NCBI GenBank assembly: GCA_963575745.1 | Contig: CAUYUJ010000061.1 | Span: forward strand, 1-64,000 | Length of the DNA stretch: 64,000 nucleotides | DNA from: Prorocentrum cordatum | Taxonomy: Eukaryota | Reading direction: 5' to 3' | Shown here: piece after piece, positions 44,193 to 56,728 of the stretch | Layout: each line of letters begins with the position of its first letter | Position numbering within the stretch: position 1 is the stretch's first letter | Program-made: the position numbers and the translations under genes | Notes under the pieces: generated by a model | Seen by the model: only the letters and a program-made list of their open reading frames with translations | Told to the model about the DNA's origin: nothing | Database searches by the model: none

Positions 44193-47100
44193 TGAAAGAT
44201 ATTCGACAATTTATTTTGAAGAACCAGATTTTTCTCACGTGTACTGGGTTCTGACGCGTCTGCCAGTAAAATTTTCAGGTCTGTAGCTTCAATATTTCTA
44301 CCAAAAGACTTGCAGGAACCAGTTTTGGATGGAAACCGAAGAATCGTGATTTTTCGATTTTCTCGGCTCTCACTTCAGAAGCTTTCTTGATGTGTTTCGA
44401 GGAGCGCTGTGCAAGAAAAGAGCTCTACGAGGTGTCCGGCGGTAACCTGGTTGACGGTTTACCGCCGGTTCCCAGTTTCCAGCGTCCCGCGCATCGTTTC
44501 AGGCAGCCGGGCAGAGGTCCCCGTAACTCGTAGAGCTTCCCTTAGCTAGTAACTCGTAGAGCTTCCCTTAGCAAGTCATTGCTGGAAGCTTAAGAGTAAT
44601 TGCGGGGAGCTGGAGAGCTAGTTGGCAAGAAAAATCTCGACGGACCTTTTGGTGACTTTTGGTCGGTTGAAAATTTTGTTCTCAAAATTTGACTATTCGT
44701 TAGAGCTCTAGTATTTTTTCCCATGATATTCGATCTTATTCCCGCTCGCCATCTTGACCTCAGCTCGATCGGGTAACTTTGAAGGCCAAAACGCAGGCAG
44801 GCGGGAACGGCCGTTTCGAGCCATCTTGATACGCGCTGTCGGTTTTCTCAAGATAACTCGAGCTTCAGGACAACTACAAAGCTGGTCAGCACAGCTAATG
44901 CATTGAGAATGATCAGGCGCGTTCGCCTGTTGAATCCAGAGGTCTGAACCCGGTCTGCTAGCCGAGCTAGGGTCGCAAAGCTATTCGTATTATTCGAGTC
45001 ATTGTAGCAGACGCTCTCGGTTTTTCGTACTTCACTCGATCTGTAGGGCAGCCACAGAGCTGATAATCACAGAAATCGATTGAGAACTATCAGGCGCGTT
45101 CGTCTGTTGAATCAAGAGCTCTGAACTCGGCCTGCTCCCCGAGCTAGGTTCGCGAACCTATTTGTATTGTTCGAGTCATCTTGGGAAGTGCTCTAGGTTT
45201 TCTGTACTTAAATCGTGCTGGGGGAGGGCTACAGTGCTGCTGGCCACAGGAATCGATTTCGAGACATCAGGCGCGTCCGTTCGTCGAACCGAGAGCTCGG
45301 AACTCGAATTCGCTCTGCTAGCCGAGCTAGGTCCGCAAACCTATTCGTATTATTTGAGTCAACTTGATACGTGTTGTCGGTATTTTCTACTTAGCTCGAG
45401 CTGTGGGGCAGTTACAGTGCTGGTAAGCACACCTATTGCACTCAGAATCATTAGGCGCGTTCGCCTGTTGAATCCATAGGTCTGAATTCGGTCTGCTAGC
45501 CGAGCTAGGTCCGCAAACCTATCCGTATTATTCGATTCAACTTGATACGCGTTGTGGGTATTTTGTACTTAATCCGAGCTGCAGGGCAGCTACAGTGCTG
45601 GTAAGCACAGCTATCGCATTCAGAATCATTAGACGCGTTCGCCTCTTGACTCCAGAGGTCTGAACTCGGTCTGCTAGCCGAGCTAGGTCCGCAAATCTTC
45701 ATTATTATTTGAGTCATCTTCACAAACGCTCTCGGTATTTTCTGTACTTAACTCGAGCTGTAGGCAGCTACAGAGCCTGCAGCCACATAAATCGATTGAG
45801 AATTATCGGACGCGTTTGTCTGTTGTATCGAGAGCTCTGAACTCGGCCTGCTGTGCGAGCTCGGTTCGCGAAACTATTCGTCGAATCATCGTGAACATTG
45901 CTCTCAATTTTCTGCACTCAACTCGTGCTGCGGCGGGAGGGCTACAGTGCTGCGGGTCATAGAAATCGATTTGCACACATCAGGCGCGTTCGTTGGTCGA
46001 TTCGCGAGCTCAGAACTTGGTCTACTTCTCGAAACAGGTCTGCGAAACTATTATATTATTCGAGTCATCCTGAGAGATGCTGTCGGTTTCCTGCACTTAA
46101 CTCGGGCTGTAGGGGGGCTACAGGGCTGGTAATCACATGAGTGGATTCGCAGATATCAGACGCGCCCGCCTGTCGCATTCAGAGGTCTGAACTCGGTCTG
46201 ATGACGCGTCCGCTTGTCGCATTCAGAGGTCAAACAATATTCACTATGAGTCAGAATGTTGGTAGGTGCTCTCGGTTTTCTCAGCTTGGAAGCTCTACGA
46301 GTTCCCCGGCGGTAACCAAGGTTGACGGTTTACCGCCGGCGCCCAGTAACTCGTAGAGCTTCCCTTAGCTAGTTATAGCTGGAAGCTAAGAGTAATTCCG
46401 GCGCGCCGGAGAGCTAGTTGGCTCGAAAAAAAAGAACTGAACTTTTCACAACTTTTGGTCGGTTGAAAATTATGTTCTCGAAATTCAACAATTCGTTTGA
46501 GCTCTAGTATTTTTTCTCGTGATATTCGATCTTATTCCCGCTCGCCATCTTGATCTCAGCTCGATCGGGTACCTTTTACTGCCAAAAAGCACACTGGCGG
46601 GAACGGCCGTTTCGAGTCATCTTGATACGCGTTGTCGGTATTTTGTACTTAACTCCAGCTGTAGGACAGCTACAGAGCTGGTAAGCACAGCTATCGCACT
46701 CAGAATCATCAGGCGCGTTCGCCTGTTGAATCCAGAGGTCTGAACTCGCTCTGCTAGCCGAGCTAGGTCCGCAAACCTATTCGTATTATTCGAGTCAACT
46801 TAATACGCGTTGTCGGTATTTTCTACTTAGCTCGAGCTGTGGGGCAGCTACAGTGCTGGTAAGCACACCTATTGCACTCAGAATCATTAGGCGCGTTCGC
46901 CTGTTGAATCCATAGGTCTGAATTCGGTCTGCTAGCCGAGCTAGGTCCGCAAACCTATTCGTATTATTCGATTCAACTTGATACGCGTGGTGGGTATTTT
47001 GTACTTAATCCGAGCTGCAGGGCAGCTACAGTGCTGGTAAGCACAGCTATCGCACTCAGAATCATCAGACGCGTTCGCCTCTTGACTCCAGAGGTCTGAA

Positions 47101-50100
47101 CTCGGTCTGCTAGCCGAGCTAGGTCCGCAAATCTATTCTTATTATTCGAGTCATCTTCACAAACGCTCTCGGTATTTTCTGTACTTAACTCGAGCTGTAG
47201 GCAGCTACAGAGCCTACAGCCACATAAATCGATTGAGAATTATCGGAATCATCGCTGCTGTGCGAGCTCGGTTCGCGAAACTATTCGTCGAATCATCGTG
47301 AACATTTTCTTTTCTGCACTCAACTCGTGCTGCGGCGGGAGGGCTACAGTGCTGCGGGTCATAGAAATCGATTTGCACACATCAGGCGCGTTCGTTGGTC
47401 GATTCGCGAGCTCAGAACTTGGTCTACTTCTCGAAACAGGTCTGCGAAACTATTATATTATTCGAGTCATCCTGAGAGATGCTGTCGGTTTCCTGCACTT
47501 AACTCGGGCTGTAGGGGGGCTACAGGGCTGGTAATCACATGAGTGGATTCGCAGATATCAGACGCGCCCGCCTGTCGCATTCAGAGGTCTGAACTCGGTC
47601 TGATGACGCGTCCGCTTGTCGCATTCAGAGGTCAAACAATATTCACTATGAGTCAGAATGTTGGTAGGTGCTCTCGGTTTTCTCAGCTTGGAAGCTCTAC
47701 GAGTTCCCCGGCGGTAACCAAGGTTGACGGTTTACCGCCGGCGCCCAGTGCGGCGTTCCGCGCTTGGCTTCGCTATCCGGGTTTTGGACGCTTACAAGTT
47801 CCGGCGCGCTGGAGAGCTAGTAACTCGTAGAGCTTCCCTTAGCAAGTTCCCGGATAGCTCTTTGGAGAGCTAAGGGTTTCAGAGAAGAAGCCGGAGGTGG
47901 GTGGTAAGGAGGACACGCCCACGCTCGCCGGTCCACGATCCCCGGAGCAACTCGCCGGAGTTCGCAGCGGGTCCGGGGGCGTGGCTTCCAAGCGTTTCCC
48001 AATGCGCGTGGCTCAAGGGTGCGCGAAGCGCTGCGGCAGAGCTTCGGCAGAGCTTCGCCAGTGCTTGCAGGCACCTAGGAAGAGGTGTCGTTGTTGGTTT
48101 CACAGAGCTCGCGCGTCGTAAAAAACGCCCTCGCCTGCGACGTCTCCAGCGCCCCACGCATCATACCTCGTAGAGCTCTTCGGCATCGATGAGCTAGAGG
48201 AATTCCGGCGCGGGGTGGAGCTAGTTGGTCGACCCGGCCAGAAAGGACAAAGTGGTAACTTTTGGGTGGTTTTGCAATTTTTTGAAAGATATTTGACAAT
48301 TCATTTTGAGAAAGCAGATTTTTCGCACCTGTAAACGACTACGAGGGCCTCTCTGTCTTAGTATGACCTCTGTAGGCGCACTTTTACTATCAAAACACTT
48401 GGCGGAACCATCTTGATGTCGACACGAAAAAATCAGTTTTCCTTTTTTTTCGAGAAATGCTTCCAGAAGCTCTCTCTTTCGACTCAAAGCACTCTTACGC
48501 TTGAATTGAGCTCTACGAGGTTCCCGGCGGTGACCAGGTTGACGGTTCACCGCCGGCGCCAGTTCCAGCAGTCTGGCAGAGGTCGCCGTGCGGCGCTTTG
48601 GAGCGCGCTGAGCTCCGCGCCTTGCCTCGCTATCCGGGTTTTAGACGCTTACAAGTTATTGCTCGAAGCTTAAGAGTAATCCCGGAGCGCTGGAGAGCTA
48701 GTTGGCAAGAAAAATACCTCGTAGAGCTCTTCGTCATCGATGAGCTAGAGGAATTCCGGCGCGGGGTGGAGCTAGTTGGCCCAGCTGGCCGAGGCGGACA
48801 ATGTGACAACTTTTGGGTGGGTTTGCGATTTTTTGAAAGATATTCGACAATTTATTTTGAGAAAGCAGATTTTTCGCACCTCTATACGACTATGAGGGCC
48901 TCTTCGTCTTAGTATGAGCTCTGTAGGCGCGCTTTTACTATCAAAACACTTGGAGGAACCATCTTCATGTCGACACGAAAACAACGAATTTTTCTCTTTT
49001 TCGAGAAATGCTTCCAGAAGTTCTCTCTTTCGACTGCGAGCTCTCTTACGCGTGAAAGGAGCTCTACGAGGTTCCCGGCGCTGACCAGGTTGACGGTTCA
49101 CCGCCGGCGCCCTCTCGACGGACCTTTTGGTGACTTTTGGTCAGTTGAAAATTTTGTTCTCAAAATTTGACCATTCGTTAGAGCTCTAGTATTTTTTCCC
49201 ATGATATTCGATCTTATTCCCGCTCGCCATCTTGATCTGAGCTCGATCGGGTAACTTTGAAGGCCGAAAAGCAGGCAGGCGGGAACGACCGGTTCGAGTC
49301 ATCTTGATACGCGCTGTCGGTTTTCTCAAGATAACTCGAGCTTCAGCACAACTACAGAGCTGGTCAGCACAGCTACTGCATTCAGAATGATCAGGCGCGT
49401 TCGCCTGTTGAATCCAGAGGTCTGAACGCGGTCTGCTAGCCGAGCTAGAGTCGCAAACCTATTCGTATTATTCGAGTCATTGTAGCAGACGCTCTCGGTT
49501 TTTCGTACTTAACTCGATCTGTAGGGCAGCCGCAGAGCTGATAATCACAGAAATCGATTCAGAATTATCAGGCGCGTTCGTCTTCTGAATCAGGAGTTCT
49601 GAACTCGGCCTACTCCCGGAGCTAGGTTCGCGAACCTATTGGTATTGTTTGAGTCATCTTGAGAAGTGCTCTCGGTTTTTCGTACTTAAATCGTGCTGGG
49701 GGAGGGCTACAGTGCTGCTGGTCACAGGAATCGATTTCGAGACATCAGGCGCGTCCGTTCGTCGAACCGAGAGCTCGGAACTCGGTCTGCTGCTCGAACG
49801 AGATCCGCGAAACTGTTGTATTATTCGAGTCATCCTGAGAGGTACTCTCGGTTTTCTGCACTTAGCTCAGGCTGTATGGGGGGCTGCAGAGCTGGTAATC
49901 ACAGAAATCGATCCGCAGACATCAGACGCGTCCGCCTGTCGCATTCAGAGGTCTGAACTCAGTTTCATACTCGAGCTCGATTTAATCGCTTGGGCTGCAA
50001 AACTAGTCGTTCTCTGAAATTCTTTTCAGATTATATATTGTCAGGAAGCTCTACGAGTCCCCCGGCGGTAAGAAAGGTTGACGGTTTACCGCCGGCGTCC

Positions 50101-51177
50101 AGTTGGCCAGAAAGAGCTTCCGTTAGCAAGTTATTGCTGGAAGCTTAAGAGTAATTCCGGGGAGCTGGAGAGCTAGTTGGCAAGAAAAATCTCGACGGAC
50201 CTTGTGGTTTTTTTTGGTCGGTTGAAAATTTTGTTCTCAAAATTTGACCATTCGTTAGAGCTCCAGTATTTTTTCCCATGATATTCGATCTTATTCCCGC
50301 TCGCCATCTTGATCTCAGCTCGATCGGGTAACTTTGAAGGCCAAAAAGCAGGCAGGCGGGAACGGTCGTTTCGAGTCATCTTGATACGCGCTGTCGGTTT
50401 TCCCAGGATAACTCGAGCTTCAGAACAACTACAGAGCTGGTCAGCACAGCTAATGCATTCAGAATGATCAGGCGCGTTTGCCTGCTGAATCCAGAGGTCT
50501 GAACTCGGTCTGCTAGCCGAGCTAGGGTCGCAAACCTATTCGTACTATTCGAGTCATTGTAGCAGACGTTCTCGGTTTCTCGTACTTAACTCGAGCTGTA
50601 GGGCAGCCACAGAGCTGATAATCACAGAAATCTGTTGGAAATTATCCGGCGCGTTCGTCTGTTGAATCAAGAGCTCTCAACTCGGCCTCCTCCCCGAGCT
50701 AGGTTCGCGAATCTATTGGTATTGTTCGAGTCATCCTGAGAAGTGCTCTCGGTTTTCTGTTTTTAAATCGTGCTGGGGGAGGGCTACAGTGCTGCTGGTC
50801 ACAGGAATTGATTTCGAGACATCAGGCGCGTCCGTTCGTCGAACCGAGAGCTCGGAACTCGGTCTGCTGCTCGAACGAGATCCGCGAAACTGTTGTATGA
50901 TTCGAGTCATTCTCTCGGTTGTCTGCACTTAACTCAGGCTGTATGGGGGGCTGCAGAGCTGGTAATCACAGGAATCGATTCGCAGACATCAGACGCGTCC
51001 GCCTGTCGCACTCGTAGGTCTGAACTCAGTTTCATTCTCGAGCTCGATTCGAAAACTGTTCGTTTGTTTTGTTAGAGTCATCTTGAGAGGTCTATAATCG
51101 CTTGGGCTGAAAAACTAGTCGTTCTCTGAAATTCTTTTCCACATTATATATTGTCAGGAAGCTCTACGAGTCCCCCG

Positions 51178-52430
51178 GTGGTTCCTCATACTGTACACGG
51201 TGCTCTCACTATGAGGGACGACGGCGGCGCCGCGTTGGCTGCTTCTCTTGTGGAGGCAGCGGTCCGCGCTGCTGTTCAGGCAGGTGCCCCGCGCAGGACT
51301 GTCGCAGCCGCCGCGGCTGCCGTGGCCTCGGTCATGGCGGCGACGCGGTGTGGCGTTGGTCCGGCGCAGGGCGCCCCTGATCCCGCTGCCGCCGGTTCGG
51401 CCGGATCCCGGCGGCAGCGGAGGAGGCTGAGGAAGAAAATTATGACGTGCAGGTCGGGGCAGGATGCTGTCCTCGGGGAGCCTGTCGGGCAGACCCTAAA
51501 GGCTGATCAGGATGTTGATCATGAGATATCTTGTTATCACAGGTCCAGTGTTGATCATGGCGCCTCTGATTCTCATGTTGGGAGCTCGTCATCTAGGCGA
51601 GTCCAGTTTGATGATCGGTCTTCAGTGGTTTCTTATGAGATACCCCTTCAAGCAAGGCTGAGACCCATATCGAGGAGGCCGAAGAAGAAAACTATGACTT
51701 GCAGGTCGGGGCATGATGCTGTCCTTGGGGAGCCTGTAGGGCAGACCCTAAAGACTCAGCGTGTTGATCATGAAGTTGCGCACGTGGGTTCGCACGTTCC
51801 TGTTCCTGCTCAGACGGCAGCTGATGTGAAGATGTCGGAGTTGGAGAAGGATAACGAGGATAACATGCGGTGCTTACTACTTCAGACGATGCATAAGATG
51901 GATGACAATACTGAGAGGATCCAGGACGCCATAGTAGTTCAGGGTAGTAAAATCGATAATGTTCAGACCCAGGTACAGAAGCAGGGTGTTGCAATTTCCA
52001 ATTTGGAGGCTAGACGAAATCAACTTGAGGCCTCCGTCCAGAGACTTCAGGGACTGGTGCGATCAGGTTCTGTGGCGAGTGCTGCGTCTACGAGGCCTGT
52101 GTCTACGAGACCTGCTAATACTATGCATTGCACCTGAGTATCTGCTGCCTGCCGCCGCCTCTCTTTGTTGCTTGCTTGTATTGTGTCACGTGCTTATTCA
52201 GTGAGACGGATTCAGAGACAGGTTTCATTCATTTTCTTGATTGTTTCGACGTGCTTGTTGATTGAGAATTACGGTTGCCTCAAAGAGGTTCGATTGTATT
52301 TGATCTCATTAATTTATTCTTCTTTTGACGATGAGCATACGTCTCTTGTCATGCCGCGGGTTGTCGTCCGCCCTTTACTGCTTCCGACTAGGCTGGAAAG
52401 CCTGCACAGTCGACCGCAAAGTCCGCAAAA
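51178..52430 (+). mobile_element. RT-less non-autonomous retroelement, copy 1 (5'-truncated), in a hairpin end
   Basis: Begins TGGTTCCTCATACTGTACACGG (leader core) right after GAGTCCCCCGG; ends CCGCAAAA followed by AAGAAAGGTTGACGGTTTACCGCCGG. Confidence 0.85.
51211..52137 (+). CDS. 308-aa protein with an internal ~30-aa repeat and C-terminal coiled coil (possibly ORF1-like)
   Basis: ATG just after the leader; near-identical intact ORF in copy 2; heptads IDNVQTQVQKQGVAISNLEARRNQLEASVQRL. Confidence 0.55.
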   Translation: MRDDGGAALAASLVEAAVRAAVQAGAPRRTVAAAAAAVASVMAATRCGVGPAQGAPDPAAAGSAGSRRQRRRLRKKIMTCRSGQDAVLGEPVGQTLKADQDVDHEISCYHRSSVDHGASDSHVGSSSSRRVQFDDRSSVVSYEIPLQARLRPISRRPKKKTMTCRSGHDAVLGEPVGQTLKTQRVDHEVAHVGSHVPVPAQTAADVKMSELEKDNEDNMRCLLLQTMHKMDDNTERIQDAIVVQGSKIDNVQTQVQKQGVAISNLEARRNQLEASVQRLQGLVRSGSVASAASTRPVSTRPANTMHCT

Positions 52431-53443
52431 AAGAAAGGTTGACGGTTTACCGCCGGCGCCCAGTTGGCAAGAAAAATCTCGACGGAACTTTTGCTGACTT
52501 TTAGTCGGTTGAAAATTTTGTTCTCGAAATTTGACCATTCGTTAGAGCTCTAGTATTTTTCCCGTGATATTCGATCTTATTACCGCTCGCCATCTTGATC
52601 TCAGCTCGATCGGGTAACTTTGAAGGCCAAAAAGCACTCTGGCGGGATCGACCGTTTCGAATCATCCTGATACGCGCTGACGGTTTTCTAACCATAACTC
52701 GAGCTTTAGGACATCTACAGAGCTGGTAAGCACAGCTAATCGATGCAGAATGATAAGGCGCGTTCGCCTCTTGAATCCAGAGGTCTGAACTCGGTTTGTG
52801 AGCCGAGCTAGGTCCACAAACCTATTTGTATTATTCGAGTCATCTTGACAGAAACTTTCGGTTTTCTGTACTCAACTCGTGCTTTAAGACAGCTACAGAG
52901 CTGATATTCACAGAAACTGATTCAGAATCGTCAGTTGCGTTTGTCTGTCTAATCCAGAGCTCTGAACTCGGTGTTCTGCCTGATCTAGAATCGCGAAATT
53001 ATTCGTATTGGTCGAGTCATCTTGAGAAGTGCCCTCGGTTTTCTTCACTCAACTTGCGCTGAGAGGGGGCTACAGTGCTGGTTGTCATATGAATCGATTT
53101 AAAGAGATCATGCGCGTCCGCCTGTCGAATCCAGAGCTCGGAACTCGGTCTGCTGCCCGAACTAGGTTCGCGAAACTATTGTATTGTTCGAGTCATCCTG
53201 AGAGATGCTGTCAGTTTTCTGCACTGACCTCGGGCTGTAGGGTGGCTGCGGGGCTGGTAATGACAGGAGTCGATTCGCAGACATCAGACGCGTCCGCTTG
53301 TCGCATTCAGAGGCCAAAAAATATTCACTATGCGTCAGAATGTTGGTAGGTGCTTTCGGTTCTCTGAACTTAAGTCCGAGCTTGGAAGCTCTACGAGTTC
53401 CCCGGCGGTAACCAAGGTTGACGGTTTACCGCCGGCGCCCAGT

Positions 53444-54032
53444 TTTTCCGGCTCCTAGGCAGATCTTCCATGCGCGCTTTGCAGGGCCCACGCATCGTAA
53501 ACGGCGCCCCTGCAAGCGTCTCCTCCGAGGTTTCCAGCGTCCCGCGCATCGTTTCAGGTGGCCTGGCAGAGGTCCCCGTGCGGCGTTCCGCGCTTGGCTT
53601 CGCTATCCGGGTTTTTCCCGGATAGCTCCTTGGAGAGATGAGGGCTTCAGAGAAGAAGCCGGCGGTGGGTGGTGAGGGAGACACGCCCACCTCCGCCGGT
53701 CCACGATTCTCGCAGCAACTCGCCGGAGGTTGCAGCGGGTCCGGGAGTGTGGCTTCCTAGCGTTTCCCAATGCGCGTGGCTCCAGGGTGCGCGAAGCGCT
53801 TCGGCAGAGCTTCGGAAGAGCTTCGGCAGTTCTTCCAGGCTCCTAGGCAGATCTTCCTTGCGCGCTTTGCAGGGCCCCACGCATCGTAAAAAAGGCCCCT
53901 GCAAGCGTCTCATGCGAGGTTTCCAGCGTCCCGCGCATCGTTTCAGGCGGCCTGGCAGAGGTGCCCGTGCTGCGTTCCGCGCTTGGCTTCGCTATCCGGG
54001 TTTTGGACGCTTACAAGTGGACGCTTACAAGT
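53444..54032 (+). repeat. GC-rich type-C element body (also ~47845-48160, 58041-58345, 60510-60890)
   Basis: Recurrent AGAAGAAGCCGGCGGTGGGTGGT...CCCCACGCATCG blocks; preceded by the same 5' subTIR at 47822. Confidence 0.75.
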
Positions 54033-55325
54033 AATTCGTAGAGTTTCCCTGAGCAAGTTATGGCTGGAAGCTTTAGAGTAATTCCGGAGCGCTGGAGAGC
54101 TAGTTGGCAAGACAAATCTCGACGGAACTTTTGGTGACTTTTGGTCGGTTGAAAATTTTGTTCTCGAAATTTGACCACTCGTTAGAGCTCTAGTATTTTT
54201 TCCCGTGATATTCGATCTTATTCCCACTCGCCATCTTGATCTCAGCTCGATCGGGTAGCTTTTACTGCCAAAAAGCACTCTGGCGGGATTGGCCGTTTCG
54301 AGTCATCTTGATACGCGTTATCGGTATTTTGTACTTAACTCGAGCTGTAAAGCAGCCACAGAGCTGGTAAGCACACCTATCGCACTCAGAATCATTAGCC
54401 GCGTTCGCCTGTTGAATCTAGAGGTCTGAACTCGGTCTGCTAGCCGAGCTAGGTCTGCAAACCTATTGGTATTATTTGGGTCATCTTAATAGACGCCCTC
54501 TGTTCTCTGTACTTAACTCGAGCTACAGGACAGCTACAGAGCTGGTAAGCACATCCATCGCATTTAGAATCATTAACCGCGTTCGCCTGTTGGATCTAGA
54601 GGTCTGAAGTCGGTCTGTTAGCCGAGCTAGGTCTGCAAAACTATTGGTATTATTTGGGTCATCTTGATAGACGCCCTCGGTTCTCTGTACTTAACTCGAG
54701 TTACGGGACAGCTACAGAGCTGCTAAGCACGCCTATCGCATTCAGAATCATTAGGCGCGTTCGCCTGTTGAATCTGGACGTCTGAACTCGTTCTGCTAGC
54801 CGAGCTAGGTCCGCAAACATATTCGTATCATTTTGGTCATCTTCATAGACGCCCTCGGTTTTCTGTACTTAACTTGAGCTCTAGGGCAGCTACAGAGCTC
54901 ATAGTCAGAGAGATCGATTGGGAATCCGCAGGCGCGTTCGTGCGTCGAATCGAGAGCTCTGGACTCGACCTGCTGTCCGAGCTAGGTTCGCAAAACTATT
55001 CGTATTGTTCGAGAGATTCTGAGAAGTGCTCTCGGTATTCCGCACTTAACTCGTGCTGGGGAGGGCTACAGTACTGCTGGTCACGGAAATCGATTCTGAG
55101 ACATCAGACGCGTCTGTCTGTCGAACCCAGAGCTCGGAACTCGGTCTGCTGCTCGAACTGGGTCCGCGAAACTATTGTATTATTGGAGTTGTTCGTTTTT
55201 TTGTTGGAGTCATCTTGAGAGGTCTGAATTCGCTTGGGCTGAAAAACTAGTCGTTCTTGGGATTTTTATTCACATCCCTACGAGTCAGGAAGCTCTACGA
55301 GTCCCCCGGCGGTAAGAAAGGTTGA

Positions 55326-56664
55326 GGACGCGGAGCTTACCTCCCGCTCTCCCTCGGCCTTGTCCCGCCGGGGGGCTCTCTCGAGCTGCATTGTGCAGTC
55401 AGGAGTCTTTGGTTCCTCATACTGTACACGGTGCTCTCACTATGAGGGACGACGGCGGCGCCGCGTTGGCTGCTTCTCGTGTGGAGGCAGCGGTCCGCGC
55501 TGCTGTTCAGGCAGGTGCCCCGCGCAGGACTGTCGCAGCCGCCGCGGCTGCCGTGGCCTCGGTCATGGCGGCGACGCGGTGTGGCGTTGGTCCGGCGCAG
55601 GGCGCCCCTGATCCCGCTGCCGCCGGTTCGGCCGGATCCCGGCGGCAGCGGAGGAGGCTGAGGAAGAAAATTATGACGTGCAGGTCGGGGCAGGATGCTG
55701 TCCTCGGGGAGCCTGTCGGGCAGACCCTAAAGGCTGATCAGGATGTTGATCATGAGATATCTTGTTATCACAGGTCCAGTGTTGATCATGGCGCCTCTGA
55801 TTCTCATGTTGGGAGCTCGTCATCTAGGCGAGTCCAGTTTGATGATCGGTCTTCAGTGGTTTCTTATGAGATACCCCTTCAAGCAAGGCTGAGACCCATA
55901 TCGAGGAGGCCGAAGAAGAAAACTATGACTTGCAGGTCGGGGCATGATGCTGTCCTTGGGGAGCCTGTTGGGCAGACCCTAAAGACTCAGCGTGTTGATC
56001 ATGAAGTTGCGCACGTGGGTTCGCACGTTCCTGTTCCTGCTCAGACGGCAGCTGATGTGAAGATGTCGGAGTTGGAGAAGGATAACGAGGATAACATGCG
56101 GTGCTTACTACTTCAGACGATGCATAAGATGGATGACAATACTGAGAGGATCCAGGACGCCATAGTAGTTCAGGGTAGTAAAATCGATAATGTTCAGACC
56201 CAGGTACAGAAGCAGGGTGTTGCAATTTCCAATTTGGAGGCTAGACGAAATCAACTTGAGGCCTCCGTCCAGAGACTTCAGGGACTGGTGCGATCAGGTT
56301 CTGTGGCGAGTGCTGCGTCTACGAGGCCTGTGTCTACGAGACCTGCTAATACTATGCATTGCACCTGAGTATCTGCTGCCTGCCGCCGCCTCTCTTTGTT
56401 GCTTGCTTGTATTGTGTCACGTGCTTATTCAGTGAGACGGATTCAGAGACAGGTTTCATTCATTTTCTTGATTGTTTCGACGTGCTTGTTGATTGAGAAT
56501 TACGGTTGCCTCAAAGAGGTTCGATTGTATTTGATCTCAGTAATTTATTCTTCTTTTGACGATGAGCATACGTCTCTTGTCATGCCGCGGGTTGTCGTCC
56601 GCCCTTTACTGCTTCCGACTAGGCTGGAAAGCCTGCACAGTCGACCGCAAAGTCCGCAAAAACA
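55326..56664 (+). mobile_element. RT-less non-autonomous retroelement, copy 2 (full leader), with 9-bp TSD AAAGGTTGA
   Basis: Leader GCGGAGCTTACCTCC...GAGCTGCATTGTGCAG...CATACTGTACACGG is homologous to the LINE leader; TSD at 55317-55325 / 56665-56673. Confidence 0.88.
55442..56368 (+). CDS. 308-aa coiled-coil protein, copy 2
   Basis: Near-identical to 51211..52137. Confidence 0.55.
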   Translation: MRDDGGAALAASRVEAAVRAAVQAGAPRRTVAAAAAAVASVMAATRCGVGPAQGAPDPAAAGSAGSRRQRRRLRKKIMTCRSGQDAVLGEPVGQTLKADQDVDHEISCYHRSSVDHGASDSHVGSSSSRRVQFDDRSSVVSYEIPLQARLRPISRRPKKKTMTCRSGHDAVLGEPVGQTLKTQRVDHEVAHVGSHVPVPAQTAADVKMSELEKDNEDNMRCLLLQTMHKMDDNTERIQDAIVVQGSKIDNVQTQVQKQGVAISNLEARRNQLEASVQRLQGLVRSGSVASAASTRPVSTRPANTMHCT

Positions 56665-56728
56665 AAAGGTTGACGGTTTTTACCGCCGGCGCCCAGTTTC
56701 CCGGATAGCTCCTTGGAGAGCTGAGGGT

